Below are positions 1 through 9,996 of a stretch of 64,000 nt of DNA, piece by piece. Below the pieces are notes generated by a model that made no database searches, was not told where the DNA came from, and worked only from the letters and a program-made list of their open reading frames with translations. Position 1 is the first letter of the stretch. Every line of letters starts with the position of its first letter. The position numbers and the translations under genes are program-made. Source of the DNA: an uncultured Thermoplasmata archaeon (GTDB taxonomy: Archaea; Thermoplasmatota; Thermoplasmata; WALJ01). The DNA lies in contig CAYYXK010000002.1 of assembly GCA_964475625.1 (NCBI GenBank), forward strand, positions 4,422 through 68,421, in the 5' to 3' direction.

Positions 1-2
1 GG

Positions 3-584
3 CAGCACTTTCCGCCGAAAGAATTGCCAGGGGGAATTGAGACGGATTATTTTGTCGCAGATACGGCTGTGGTGGATGATAGAGCGAGCATCGGGGCTGG
101 AACGAAGATATGGCATCATGCCCAGATAAGGGAATATGCGGAGATAGGACGGAACTGTAACATCGGCAAAGATGTCTATATCGATTTCGGAGTTAAGATG
201 GGGGACAGGGTGAAGATACAGAACCATGTTTCGATATATCATGGTGTCGAGATAAAGGATGACGTATTCATAGGCCCGAGTGCAACATTTACCAACGATA
301 AACATCCGAGAGCATGGCTATGGGATGGGGACAGACTGTGCAGAACGAAGGTGGAGCGGGGGGTCAGTATAGGTGCCAATGCAACGATAGTGTGTGGTAT
401 AATCCTTGGAAGATACTGCATCATAGGTGCAGGTTCCGTCGTCACAAAAGATGTCCCGCCTCACGCTCTTGTTCTGGGAAATCCCGGAAAAACAGTGGGA
501 TTTGTGTGCGAATGCGGAGAAAGACTGGATGCCGATATGAAGTGCCCCTCATGTGGAAAAAGTTATCCGGAACTTGAAGAATGA
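3..584 (+). CDS. Hexapeptide-repeat (left-handed beta-helix) sugar N-acetyltransferase with C-terminal Zn-ribbon (CxCG...CPSCG); reading frame is open to the window edge, so probably 5'-partial (first in-window start is TTG at 24)
   Basis: Repeated [LIV]G-x-x-x-x hexapeptide pattern (IGAGTKIWHHAQI, IGKDVYID, IGANATIVCGIILGRYCIIGAGSVV) typical of PglD/WbbJ-like acetyltransferases; sits next to a DegT aminotransferase gene. Confidence 0.6.
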   Translation, partial: QHFPPKELPGGIETDYFVADTAVVDDRASIGAGTKIWHHAQIREYAEIGRNCNIGKDVYIDFGVKMGDRVKIQNHVSIYHGVEIKDDVFIGPSATFTNDKHPRAWLWDGDRLCRTKVERGVSIGANATIVCGIILGRYCIIGAGSVVTKDVPPHALVLGNPGKTVGFVCECGERLDADMKCPSCGKSYPELEE

Positions 585-661
585 GTCTTTTGTACCAATC
601 AGGCGAAGGGGTTATAACATAGATTGAAATGCTCGTGCACCGGAATAGCCGGAGGAATCTC

Positions 662-1729
662 ATGATACCCATCGCAAAGCCGGACGTCGGCGAAGAGGAG
701 AAAAAAGCGGTCCTCGAGGTTATGGACTCGGGGATGCTAGCCCACGGAGAGTGGGTTAGGCGTTTCGAAGGAGATTTTGCGGAATATATCGGCACGAAGG
801 AGAGCGTGGCCACGACCAGCGGCACTCAAGCCCTTATACTTGCGCTCGAAGCCCTTGATGTGAGAGGAAAAGAGGTAATAGTACCCAGCTTCACATTCAT
901 CGCATCGGCCACATCCGTAATCCGTGCGGGTGGAATACCGGTATTTGCGGATGTGAATGATGAGACATTCAACATAGACCCAGACGATATACGGAAGAAA
1001 ATAAATGATAGGACCGCCGCCATAATGCCTGTTCACTTATATGGGCAGAGCGCGGATATGGATGAAATAATGGAGGTCTCCGAAGAGAACGATATCCCGG
1101 TTATAGAGGATGTCTGTCAGGCCCACGGAGCTCTCTGGAAAAATAAGAAGGTCGGTTCCATCGGCAGAATATCCGCTTTTAGCTTTTACCCCACAAAGAA
1201 CATGACCACGGGAGAAGGTGGAATGGTCACCACGGATGACCCCGAACTTGCAGAGAAGATAAGAATGATGCACAACCACGGACAGGCCGAGAGATACAGG
1301 CACACCGAGCTTGGCTGGAACTTCAGGATGACCAACATAGCCGCTGCGATAGGCATCCAACAGCTTAAAAAACTAGATAAGAACAACGAAAAAAGGGAGA
1401 AGAATGCGAAATTATACGACGAACTTCTCATCGACCATGTGATAACCCCGTTCGTGGACAAGAGGGCGCATCATGTCTATCACCAGTACACCATAAGAAC
1501 AGAGAAAAGAGATGAGATAATCGGGGAATTCAAAAAAGAAGGCATCGGTTTTGGGATATACTATCCGATAGCGATACACCAGCAGGAGATAATGAAAAAG
1601 CTGGGTTATGCGGCGAAGCTCCCTGTGACCGAGAGGCTCGTCAATGAGGTTCTTTCGCTACCCGTCCACCCCCTTATCACCGAAGAAGATGTGAAAAAGG
1701 TCGCGGAGACCATAAAGAAGGCGTTATAG
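662..1729 (+). CDS. DegT/DnrJ/EryC1/StrS-family PLP-dependent sugar aminotransferase (NDP-keto-sugar aminotransferase)
   Basis: Family motif SFYPTKNMTTGEGGMV (PLP-lysine region) and overall length; ATG at 662 gives N-terminus MIPIAKPDVGEEE typical of the family, so the ORF-track start at 629 is probably too far upstream. Confidence 0.8.
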   Translation: MIPIAKPDVGEEEKKAVLEVMDSGMLAHGEWVRRFEGDFAEYIGTKESVATTSGTQALILALEALDVRGKEVIVPSFTFIASATSVIRAGGIPVFADVNDETFNIDPDDIRKKINDRTAAIMPVHLYGQSADMDEIMEVSEENDIPVIEDVCQAHGALWKNKKVGSIGRISAFSFYPTKNMTTGEGGMVTTDDPELAEKIRMMHNHGQAERYRHTELGWNFRMTNIAAAIGIQQLKKLDKNNEKREKNAKLYDELLIDHVITPFVDKRAHHVYHQYTIRTEKRDEIIGEFKKEGIGFGIYYPIAIHQQEIMKKLGYAAKLPVTERLVNEVLSLPVHPLITEEDVKKVAETIKKAL

Positions 1730-1730
1730 C

Positions 1731-3476
1731 TCATCTTGCCCCTGCTCCACCACCGCCGAAGCCCCCGCTAACACCTCCGGCCGAGCTTCCCGATGAGGAT
1801 ACACCGCCCATATAGATGAATGCCATGGATGAGATGTAATCGTCATCCGGGTATATGGCGCTCAGGTCAACCCCGGCGGCTTCCATCGCATTCTTAATGC
1901 TGGCCCTTTTTCCCATCGCAGTACCGTATATGAGCCACTCTTCCCAGAGAGAGCCGTTCTGGAGCGCATTTTCCTGCATGAACTTCTTGTCCGATATTGT
2001 TTCGGCGAAGCTGTCCCATTCCAGTTTCTCCCTGTAATAATCGCCTTTCCACCTTCCGAGGATGGATGGGTGCCAGTAGGCGAGCCCTATATCAAACATG
2101 AAGAAGAGGGAGAACATCATTATCATAAGGGAGAAAATGACATACTCTCTTAACACGAACATCGGGATGATAAATACCAACATGATAACTATCGGGATGG
2201 GCATTAGCTTATGCATGAGTTTTTTCGGTGTCCACAGGTAGTCCGGGCAAACCTTCAGAAGTTCTTTGTCGTCCCTGAAGTTCTTTGTGAGCTCATTGAA
2301 CTCCTTGTATCGGGGGTCATCGTATTTCAGCTTCTTTACAGATTCCTTTACCTTTTTGGGCCGGAACACCCCGTCACTATCGCTCAATCTATTTATGAGG
2401 TGGAAAACCCTCCGTTCATAGATGTCATCCGTGCTGTCATCCAGTATCCTTATGCCTTCGCCGTCCATGGAGAGCTTTTCCCGGCGTTTGAGGTCAAGTA
2501 TCGTCGCCAGATATGCGTTCCAGTCCGTTCCCTCACACTCCTTTCCAAAAACGAGATTGACGATCCAAGGTTTTCTTCTGACAGGTACCGTCATCCTTTT
2601 TTTGCCGGTTCCGTAGACCCTCTTCTCACGGCCGAATTTAACATATGCTGCCGTGAAGAATAGCGGAAAGAGATAGATCATCCATTTTATGCCCACATAC
2701 GGGACATATAGCAGATAATAGCCGGCCGTATCCTGCATGTTTGCGGAATTGACCTCCGCCATCACATCATCGACATGCTCGATATTCACATGGCTCATTT
2801 CCGATATATCATTCATGACGATGTATCCTGTTATGTCCAGACCGTAGGCATCATAGCCCTCTATGACCCAGTAATCCCCATTCTTTTTCACATCTAAGAA
2901 TGAAGGGGCCCAGACTCCCTTTACATTCCCGTTGTCGCGGATTCGTATCTTTATGTCCCCATAACCCCATCCGGAGTCCTTGAACACGAACTTCAAAAGG
3001 TAAAGATGCCCGTCGTAATGAATCGTCGGATATATCCGATAGGAGTAGTTAAGGACATAGTCGCCGGTATGAAAACCACCCGGAGCATAGAAGCCCACCT
3101 CATTGTTCTCGGATTTTTCCAGAAGATATCCGTCGGAGCTTCCTCCGTATGTCTTCAGCTCTCCCGAATAGGAACGGGAATAACCGATGAGACCCTGAGA
3201 TGGTTCGGCGCTCATGTTCAGCGGTACCACGCATTTTCCGGAAGGGACATAGTCCACACGAGTATCCCATGAACGGTACAGCATGTGATATTTTCCCTCA
3301 GAGTTGATACGGTATGAGTACTGTTCGTAAAATGTGCCGTTTGATTCAAGAGTTGCGGAGTATGAGTTCACTTCCCATCCGTTTAGGATTTCGGGGATGT
3401 GGTCGAACCCGTAAGTGGCTGCGGATACGAGCAGCATTCCGCTTATTACCAGTACAAGGGCGGTGCTTTCCTTCAC
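1731..3476 (-). CDS. DUF2207-like membrane protein (N-terminal signal/TM, extracellular domain, two C-proximal TM helices, Gly-rich C-terminal tail)
   Basis: Hydrophobic N-terminus MKESTALVLVISGMLLVSAATYG, internal TM pair, C-terminal GGVSSSGSSAGGVSGGFGGGGAGAR tail characteristic of DUF2207. Confidence 0.45.
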   Translation of the reverse strand: MKESTALVLVISGMLLVSAATYGFDHIPEILNGWEVNSYSATLESNGTFYEQYSYRINSEGKYHMLYRSWDTRVDYVPSGKCVVPLNMSAEPSQGLIGYSRSYSGELKTYGGSSDGYLLEKSENNEVGFYAPGGFHTGDYVLNYSYRIYPTIHYDGHLYLLKFVFKDSGWGYGDIKIRIRDNGNVKGVWAPSFLDVKKNGDYWVIEGYDAYGLDITGYIVMNDISEMSHVNIEHVDDVMAEVNSANMQDTAGYYLLYVPYVGIKWMIYLFPLFFTAAYVKFGREKRVYGTGKKRMTVPVRRKPWIVNLVFGKECEGTDWNAYLATILDLKRREKLSMDGEGIRILDDSTDDIYERRVFHLINRLSDSDGVFRPKKVKESVKKLKYDDPRYKEFNELTKNFRDDKELLKVCPDYLWTPKKLMHKLMPIPIVIMLVFIIPMFVLREYVIFSLMIMMFSLFFMFDIGLAYWHPSILGRWKGDYYREKLEWDSFAETISDKKFMQENALQNGSLWEEWLIYGTAMGKRASIKNAMEAAGVDLSAIYPDDDYISSMAFIYMGGVSSSGSSAGGVSGGFGGGGAGAR

Positions 3477-3508
3477 AAAAAACCGTATACTTCAATAAGT
3501 ATTTATTA

Positions 3509-4375
3509 TTATCGGTAAAGCTTTGCGGCATTTATGTCCTTTTTCAAGCCCATGCTGGATGCCACAGGCCTGCACTTGGTCCTGAGAAGATATGCTATCG
3601 GCCCGTAATCGGTCTCACTGAGGGTCTCATAGTTGGCCATCCCTTTTGCGATTATCAGGTCGGCGCTCCTCAGTTCTCTATCCAGTTCCTCAGGCATATC
3701 CCAAAATGGTATTCCAACCGCAAATATTTCGGTGCTCATGACCTTGTCCGCGAGATTTCCCATTCCCAGTTCCCTCACATCTTCCATCGTCGCATCGGTC
3801 AGTATGGGCTCGCCGCGGACGACCAGCGTTATTTTCGCACCCATTTTTCTCAACTGTTCCAGAAGCAGACGGTCGAAGACGATCTCTCCGCAGTTGTCCG
3901 TAAGATAGACCACCTTTCCAGATGCAAGTTCTCTCATATCATCCGTATCATCGTGGCCCAGCCCCTCCTCGCACAGGGAGTCGAACTTCTCCAGAAGCAC
4001 ATCGGCATTGGCGAAGTCGTTCCTTATCCCGAAATCCAGAACATTTCCGATTATGGAGCAGAGAACAGCGGTTTTGAACGGATTCTCCGATTCCTCAACC
4101 ATCTTACTCGCCTTTGGAAGGAGCCGCAGAGAGATTTCATTGCTCTTTCTTTTCGCATCCGCATAAGGGTCCTTCCCGAGAAGCTCATAGACACCTTTAT
4201 GCACGCCGGTAGCGATCTCGGCGGAGCATATCTCCGGAGAAAAATCCCTGTGGAGCGCATCTATTGCGAGTTTCATGGCGGCATACTGCTGCATCATATC
4301 GGCTCCGCCCAGCTCTGTTTCGTACATTATCCTCCTAAGAAGGCATTGAGCGCACTCCGGATATACTTTCATCAT
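3509..4375 (-). CDS. DUF89 / ARMT1-like damage-control phosphatase family protein
   Basis: N-terminal CxxC (ECAQCLL) and metal-binding [11 protein letters not shown] motif typical of DUF89. Confidence 0.55.
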   Translation of the reverse strand: MMKVYPECAQCLLRRIMYETELGGADMMQQYAAMKLAIDALHRDFSPEICSAEIATGVHKGVYELLGKDPYADAKRKSNEISLRLLPKASKMVEESENPFKTAVLCSIIGNVLDFGIRNDFANADVLLEKFDSLCEEGLGHDDTDDMRELASGKVVYLTDNCGEIVFDRLLLEQLRKMGAKITLVVRGEPILTDATMEDVRELGMGNLADKVMSTEIFAVGIPFWDMPEELDRELRSADLIIAKGMANYETLSETDYGPIAYLLRTKCRPVASSMGLKKDINAAKLYR

Positions 4376-5316
4376 AATCCCTCGAAGAGCCTGTCTATCA
4401 TCCAGTCCGGGTCGAACGGTTCAAGGTCATCATATTCCTGTCCGGTACCTATGAAGATTATGGGCTTTCCAACCGCATGCGCAATGGACAGGGCCGCACC
4501 CCCCTTCGCATCGGCATCTATCTTGGTGAGAATGGCGGCATCTATCCCTACGGCCTCATCGAACTTCTTTGCCTGTTCAACGGCATCGTTTCCTGCAAGC
4601 GAATCGCCGACAAAGACTATCAGATCCGGGTCGGCAACTCTTTTTATCTTCTTCATCTCGTCCATCAGGTTTGTGTTGGTCTGCATCCTTCCTGCCGTGT
4701 CTATGAGAACCACATCCTTATGTCTGGCCTTTGCATGTTCCACAGCATCGTAGGCGACAGCGGCAGGGTCGGAGCCGGACTGATGTTTCACGATTTTTAA
4801 ACCAAGGTTGTTCGCGTGTATGGTAAGCTGTTCTATGGCACCTGCCCGGAATGTGTCCGCGGCTGCAAGGACCACGGAATGCCCGTTCTTTATAAGTCGA
4901 TGTGCGATTCTAGCTATTGCGGTGGTCTTTCCGGTTCCATTGACGCCCACGAACATTATAACGACAGGTTTTTCCCGTTTATCGATGAACCCGTCAAAAT
5001 CAATTTTTTCGGAGACAAGGGTCCTCTTTATCGCATTGCGAAGAGCGAGTTCGACGGCTTTTTCAGGGGCGACTCCTTTTTTTATCCTCTTCTCCTGCAG
5101 CTCTTCTTTAAGGTTCTTCTTTATCTCCTCCACCACGGGAAGAGCCACATCCGCCTCCAAAAGTGCAAGTTCGAGGTCCCATATTATGTCCTCAAACGCC
5201 TCTCCGCTTATCTTCTTCCCCTTCTCGGAAAAGGCCTCTTCGGCGCTCTCCACTTCGACCTCTTTGACCAGCTTTTTCTTTATGCTTCCGAGCTTCTCTT
5301 TAAGGGCCTTGAACAT
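4372..5316 (-). CDS. ftsY: Signal recognition particle receptor FtsY
   Basis: SRP54-type GTPase motifs [19 protein letters not shown]; start chosen at [11 protein letters not shown], which resembles archaeal FtsY N-termini (the ORF track extends to 5355). Confidence 0.85.
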   Translation of the reverse strand: MFKALKEKLGSIKKKLVKEVEVESAEEAFSEKGKKISGEAFEDIIWDLELALLEADVALPVVEEIKKNLKEELQEKRIKKGVAPEKAVELALRNAIKRTLVSEKIDFDGFIDKREKPVVIMFVGVNGTGKTTAIARIAHRLIKNGHSVVLAAADTFRAGAIEQLTIHANNLGLKIVKHQSGSDPAAVAYDAVEHAKARHKDVVLIDTAGRMQTNTNLMDEMKKIKRVADPDLIVFVGDSLAGNDAVEQAKKFDEAVGIDAAILTKIDADAKGGAALSIAHAVGKPIIFIGTGQEYDDLEPFDPDWMIDRLFEGL

Positions 5317-5737
5317 TCTGAGACCTCTGGTATTCCTCATATGCGTGCTGGACATAATGGGCCAGTTTCTCGTATTCCGACTCTATCCTTTTTATGTTTT
5401 CATCTATGGACTTAAGCCCGTTCTCTATGTCCTTCATCCTGCTTTCCAGGGTTTCCATGGCACCTTTGAAGTCCTTTTCGACGGAGATATTGGAACCTGC
5501 GTTCACCACAAACGAATTCGAGTCGAGAACGGACATCTTTGCCAGTATTCCGGCACCTATCGGAACCATGACCTCATCCCCGTTCTCCGCATTTTCAAAG
5601 GCTTCAAGGCTGCTCTTCGCGATCACATACTCTTTAAGGGACAGTTCCACGAAGTTCCTCTGCTGCTGGAGCTGTTCAAGGCTGGCTCTATAGGACTCAA
5701 GGGCACCTACGGCCTGCTCAAGCTCCTCTTCGTTCAT
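5300..5737 (-). CDS. pfdA: Prefoldin alpha subunit
   Basis: Coiled-coil/beta-hairpin/coiled-coil layout, about 145 aa; conserved rplX-pfdA-ftsY gene order. Confidence 0.8.
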   Translation of the reverse strand: MNEEELEQAVGALESYRASLEQLQQQRNFVELSLKEYVIAKSSLEAFENAENGDEVMVPIGAGILAKMSVLDSNSFVVNAGSNISVEKDFKGAMETLESRMKDIENGLKSIDENIKRIESEYEKLAHYVQHAYEEYQRSQNVQGP

Positions 5738-5968
5738 CTACTCACCCGTGACGATATACCTTACGGAAAGGTCCTCTATCTCGTCCTTTTTCAGGGCCTT
5801 TACCTCTGTTATGTTTATCTCGGTCCTCTTGGCACCGTGCCTGCTTCCGAGTATCGCATATGCCTTATCCAGGGCAGCATCCTTCTTTGTCGCAGGAACC
5901 TCTATTTTGAATGGGTGGTTTTTGATTACGCCCATCTTCATTGTCCCGCTGATTCTGTATGCCTTCAT
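5738..5968 (-). CDS. rplX: 50S ribosomal protein LX (L18Ae family)
   Basis: 76 aa; pattern YRISGTMKMG...HPFKIEV...ILGSRHGAKRTEINITEV matches archaeal LX; conserved position upstream of pfdA-ftsY. Confidence 0.7.
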   Translation of the reverse strand: MKAYRISGTMKMGVIKNHPFKIEVPATKKDAALDKAYAILGSRHGAKRTEINITEVKALKKDEIEDLSVRYIVTGE

Positions 5969-6032
5969 AAGATCACCTTTTCCGCTGATAATCAGGTAGG
6001 ATTAAAAGATGACGGTCGGAGCGAGACAAAAG

Positions 6033-6040
6033 CTTATATG
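6033..6040 (+). promoter_or_regulatory. Candidate archaeal promoter (BRE AAAA + TATA CTTATATG) for the small K/A-rich gene and tkt operon
   Basis: AAAAGCTTATATGA about 33 bp upstream of ATG 6070; divergent from the rplX-pfdA-ftsY operon. Confidence 0.4.
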
Positions 6041-6069
6041 ATGCCGCCAGATGTACCCCCGGTGATTTC

Positions 6070-6303
6070 ATGGTGGACGATGTTAAAACCGCTAAGAAGA
6101 ATGCAAAGGTCATGGCGAAGAGCGCCAAGAGGATGCAGCAGGTAGCAAAACTGAGGGCGAAGGCCGCAAAGCTCAAGGCGAAGATAGCCAAAGAAGAGCA
6201 GAAGATGAAGAAACTCGACCTTAAAATAAGGAAGCTCAAGACAGAGATGTCAAAATATGAGCAGAAGGCTAATCAGCTCGAAGGAAAGAACCAGAGAGCC
6301 TGA
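6070..6303 (+). CDS. Small, very basic Lys/Ala-rich coiled-coil protein (77 aa), function unknown
   Basis: ATG with SD-like GGTGA 8 nt upstream; archaeal BRE/TATA AAAAGCTTATATGA about 33 bp upstream; strong K/A periodicity; 7 nt before the transketolase gene, so likely co-transcribed. Confidence 0.5.
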   Translation: MVDDVKTAKKNAKVMAKSAKRMQQVAKLRAKAAKLKAKIAKEEQKMKKLDLKIRKLKTEMSKYEQKANQLEGKNQRA

Positions 6304-6309
6304 TGGTGA

Positions 6310-7167
6310 ATGATAATGCTGGCTTCCGACGAGATACGAGAACTTTCACTTAAAGCCAATGCTGTGAGGAGACACATCATAGAGATGGTATATGCCGCAG
6401 GTTCGGGACATCCCGGAGGTTCCCTCTCGGCAACGGACATAATAGTGGCTCTTTATTTCAAGATAATGAACTATGACCCGGAAAATCCGAACTGGAAGGA
6501 CAGGGACCGCTTCGTACTTTCAAAGGGGCACGCCGCCCCCGCCCTTTATGCCGCACTTGCGGAACTCGGCGTTTTCCCGGTCGATGAGCTTCTCACACTC
6601 AGAAAGGTGGGTTCAAGGCTTCAGGGCCACCCTGATATGAGAAAGCTTCCCGGAATAGAGGCGTCCACCGGCTCGCTGGGACAGGGGCTGTCCATAGCCA
6701 ATGGAATGGCCCTCGCAGCAAAGCTGGACAGGAAGCTGTACAATGTTTTCGTGATGCTCGGAGATGGAGAGATCGAGGAAGGGCAGGTATGGGAGGCTGC
6801 GATGTTCGCATCCCACTACAAGCTGGACAATCTCATCGCATTTCTGGACAGGAACAAGCTGCAGATAGACGGTGAGACCGAGAAGGTCATGTCGATAGAG
6901 CCGATAGCCGACAAATGGAAGGCTTTCGGATGGGAAGTGAAGGAGATAAACGGCCATGATTTCAAGGAGATAACGGATGCCGTGGAATGGGCCAAAGCGA
7001 TAAAGGGAAAACCCGTAATGATAATCGCACACACGATAAAAGGAAAAGGCGTCTCATTCATGGAAGGCTCAGTGCACTTTCACGGAAAACCCCCCAATGA
7101 CGAGGAATACAGGATAGCGATACAGGACCTTGAGAACGAGAGGAAGGAGATAGGGGGTGGAGAATAA
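6310..7167 (+). CDS. tktA: Transketolase, N-terminal (thiamine-diphosphate-binding) subunit
   Basis: [10 protein letters not shown] and HAAPALYA motifs; the split tkt arrangement is typical of archaea. Confidence 0.9.
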   Translation: MIMLASDEIRELSLKANAVRRHIIEMVYAAGSGHPGGSLSATDIIVALYFKIMNYDPENPNWKDRDRFVLSKGHAAPALYAALAELGVFPVDELLTLRKVGSRLQGHPDMRKLPGIEASTGSLGQGLSIANGMALAAKLDRKLYNVFVMLGDGEIEEGQVWEAAMFASHYKLDNLIAFLDRNKLQIDGETEKVMSIEPIADKWKAFGWEVKEINGHDFKEITDAVEWAKAIKGKPVMIIAHTIKGKGVSFMEGSVHFHGKPPNDEEYRIAIQDLENERKEIGGGE

Positions 7168-8105
7168 TGTGGGAGATGGCAAGCCCCAGGGTGGCATTCG
7201 GAAAGGAACTCGTCGAAATCGGGAAAGAGAACTCGGACCTCGTGGTTCTCGGTGCGGACCTATCTTCATCCACGAAGACCAGCTATTTCGAGAAGGAATT
7301 TCCGGAGAGGTTTTTCAACTGCGGAATAGCGGAAGCGAACATGATGGGCGTCTCTTCAGGTCTGGCGGCGTCGGGGAAGGTCGTTGTGGCCAGTACCTTT
7401 GCGGTGTTCGCCACAGGGCGCTGTTATGACCAGATAAGACAGAGCATAGCTTATCCGAGATTGAATGTGAAGATAGTCGCATCGCATGCGGGGATAACCG
7501 TGGGGGGTGACGGTGCATCCCACCAGACAGCGGAAGATATAGCTCTCATGAAGGTCATACCGAACATGAAGGTCGTCGTTCCCGCGGATGCGATAGAGGC
7601 AAGAAAGGCGATAAGGGCAATAATCGATGCGGAAGGACCGTTTTACATGAGAATGGGAAGATCCGACATCCCGATAATAACCAGCGAAGACGACCCCTTC
7701 GAGATAGGCAAGGCCACCATAATGAGGGATGGAAGTGATGTCGCTCTTGTCGGCACCGGCATAATGGTATCTCAGGCACTCAAAGCGGCGGAGATGTTGA
7801 AGCTGGAGGGCATAGAGGCAATGGTCGTCAACATGAGCACACTGAAACCTCTCGACGAAGAAACCACCATAAAGGCCGCAAGGAAGACCGGAGCTATCGT
7901 TACCGCAGAGGAGCACAGCGTGATATTCGGCCTCGGAAACTCGGTTGCCATGACACTGGGTGAAAAATACCCTGTCCCGGTCAGAAGGGTCGGAATACCT
8001 GACACTTTCGGAGAGTCAGGCGAATGGGATGCTTTAATGGTTAAATACGGACTTACACCTGAGAACATCGTCTCCGCCGCAAAGGAGATAATGAAAAAGA
8101 AATAA
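7167..8105 (+). CDS. tktB: Transketolase, C-terminal subunit
   Basis: Pyrimidine-binding and C-terminal transketolase domains; start overlaps the stop of the N-terminal subunit gene (ATGA). Confidence 0.9.
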   Translation: MWEMASPRVAFGKELVEIGKENSDLVVLGADLSSSTKTSYFEKEFPERFFNCGIAEANMMGVSSGLAASGKVVVASTFAVFATGRCYDQIRQSIAYPRLNVKIVASHAGITVGGDGASHQTAEDIALMKVIPNMKVVVPADAIEARKAIRAIIDAEGPFYMRMGRSDIPIITSEDDPFEIGKATIMRDGSDVALVGTGIMVSQALKAAEMLKLEGIEAMVVNMSTLKPLDEETTIKAARKTGAIVTAEEHSVIFGLGNSVAMTLGEKYPVPVRRVGIPDTFGESGEWDALMVKYGLTPENIVSAAKEIMKKK

Positions 8106-8117
8106 GGAGGATTAAAA

Positions 8118-8762
8118 ATGAAGATATTTCTTGATACGGCAAACGTGGAACAGATAAGGGAAGCGGCATCATGGGGCATAGTGGATGGAGTTACGACCAA
8201 TCCGAGCCTCATAGCAAAGGAAGGAAGGGAGTTCGTGGAGGTCGTCAAGGAGATATGCGAGATCGTCGACGGCCCGATAAGTGCGGAAGTCATAAGCCTT
8301 GATGCCGAAGGTATGGTGAAAGAGGCTCGTGAACTGGCCAAGATACACAGGAACATAGTCATCAAGATACCGATGACGGTGGAAGGTCTGAAAGCAGTCA
8401 AGCTACTGAGCGCAGAGGGCATAAAGACAAATGTCACCCTCGTTTTCTCCGCAAATCAGGCGCTCCTTGCCATGAAAGCAGGTGCCACATACATAAGCCC
8501 CTTCGTCGGAAGGCTGGACGACATCGGGGAAGTGGGGATGGATCTGGTCGCTCGCATCATGGAAATGATAGAGAATTACGGGTTTGAAACGGAGGTCATC
8601 GTTGCCAGTGTCAGAAATCCCATACATGCTCTTGACGCTGCCCTGCTGGGCGCTCACATAGCGACGATACCCTTCGCGGTTCTTGAAAAGATGGTTAAGC
8701 ACCCGAAGACCGACGAAGGGATAGAGCGTTTCCTGAAGGATTGGGAGAAGGTTCCGAAGTGA
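8118..8762 (+). CDS. tal: Transaldolase / fructose-6-phosphate aldolase (short archaeal-type)
   Basis: [16 protein letters not shown]...[13 protein letters not shown]; Schiff-base lysine context; about 214 aa. Confidence 0.85.
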   Translation: MKIFLDTANVEQIREAASWGIVDGVTTNPSLIAKEGREFVEVVKEICEIVDGPISAEVISLDAEGMVKEARELAKIHRNIVIKIPMTVEGLKAVKLLSAEGIKTNVTLVFSANQALLAMKAGATYISPFVGRLDDIGEVGMDLVARIMEMIENYGFETEVIVASVRNPIHALDAALLGAHIATIPFAVLEKMVKHPKTDEGIERFLKDWEKVPK

Positions 8763-8766
8763 TGTT

Positions 8767-9996
8767 ATGAACGACAGAGGTATCCTAAGGCTCGAATGGG
8801 CAAAAGAACACATGGCGGTGATGAAATCCGTTCGCAGGGAATTGAAGAACAGCGGGATTCTCGAAGGCGTACGCATATCCATGGCACTCCACGTTGAGGC
8901 AAAGACCGGCATACTCGCACTGACGCTTCAGGAGGCCGGAGCAAAGGTGAGGCTCGCATCCTGCAACCCTCTTTCGACGGATGACTCCGTTGCTCATGCC
9001 CTCAATGAGGAGTACGGTCTGGAAACATATGCGAGGAAGGGTGAGAGCAATGAAGAGTACTACGCGAACCTGAACGCCGTGCTTGACCTCAAACCTCAGA
9101 TAGTGATAGATGACGGATCCGACCTCATCTTTCTGCTGCATACGGAGAGAACGGATATTCTGGGCGGCATATGGGGCGCAAATGAAGAGACCACCACAGG
9201 CATCGTGCGTCTGAGGGCCCTTGAAAAGGAAGGAAAACTCTCTTTTCCGGTGATAGATGTGAATGATGCATATATGAAGCACCTGTTCGACAACAGATAT
9301 GGAACTGGACAGAGCACCTTTGACGGAATTTTCACATCAACGAACCTTCTGATTGCAGGAAAGACATTTGTTGTGGCGGGTTACGGCTGGTGCGGAAGAG
9401 GTATAGCCATGAGGGCAAAAGGCCTCGGTGCAGATGTCATAGTTACCGAGGTGGACCCGATAAAGGCGATAGAGGCAAGGATGGACGGATTCGGAGTAAT
9501 GCCGATGACGGAAGCGGTAAAACAGGCGGATTTCATCGTTTCAGCGACAGGAATGAAGGATGTCGTGAGAAAAGAGCACTTCGAGCTCATAAAGGACGGA
9601 TGCGTCCTTGCCAATTCCGGTCATTTTGATAATGAGATATCCAAAAAAGACCTTGAGAACATGAGCGACGGAAGAAGAAAGGTAAGGGAATTTGTGGACG
9701 AATACACACTTAGGAACGGAAGAAAGGTATATTTGCTGGGTGAAGGCAGGCTGATAAATCTTGCCGCGGGACAGGGCCACCCGGTCGAGATAATGGATAT
9801 GTCCTTTGCGATACAGGCCCTCTCCGCCGCATACATCGCTGGAAACCATGAAAACATGGACAGTAAAGTCTATCACATACCTTATGAAATCGACGAGAAA
9901 GTGGCACGAATAAAGTTGAAATCACTGGGCATAAGTATAGATTCACTCACTCCCGAACAGATAAAATACGGAGAAGATTGGAGAGAAGGGACATAG
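8767..9996 (+). CDS. ahcY: S-adenosyl-L-homocysteine hydrolase
   Basis: SCNPLSTDDSVAHAL and NAD-binding VAGYGWCGRGIAMRAKGLGADVIVTEVDP. Confidence 0.85.
   Translation: MNDRGILRLEWAKEHMAVMKSVRRELKNSGILEGVRISMALHVEAKTGILALTLQEAGAKVRLASCNPLSTDDSVAHALNEEYGLETYARKGESNEEYYANLNAVLDLKPQIVIDDGSDLIFLLHTERTDILGGIWGANEETTTGIVRLRALEKEGKLSFPVIDVNDAYMKHLFDNRYGTGQSTFDGIFTSTNLLIAGKTFVVAGYGWCGRGIAMRAKGLGADVIVTEVDPIKAIEARMDGFGVMPMTEAVKQADFIVSATGMKDVVRKEHFELIKDGCVLANSGHFDNEISKKDLENMSDGRRKVREFVDEYTLRNGRKVYLLGEGRLINLAAGQGHPVEIMDMSFAIQALSAAYIAGNHENMDSKVYHIPYEIDEKVARIKLKSLGISIDSLTPEQIKYGEDWREGT

Noticed and set aside
3314-4753. 479-aa plus-strand ORF
   Set aside because: Antisense to the well-supported DUF89 and ftsY genes; low-complexity composition (S/R/L-rich) with no recognisable motifs. 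It is a shadow ORF
4808-6145. 445-aa plus-strand ORF (plus the overlapping 199-aa ORF at 4816-5415)
   Set aside because: Antisense to ftsY/pfdA/rplX; S/F/L-rich low-complexity translation typical of the reverse strand of K/E-rich genes
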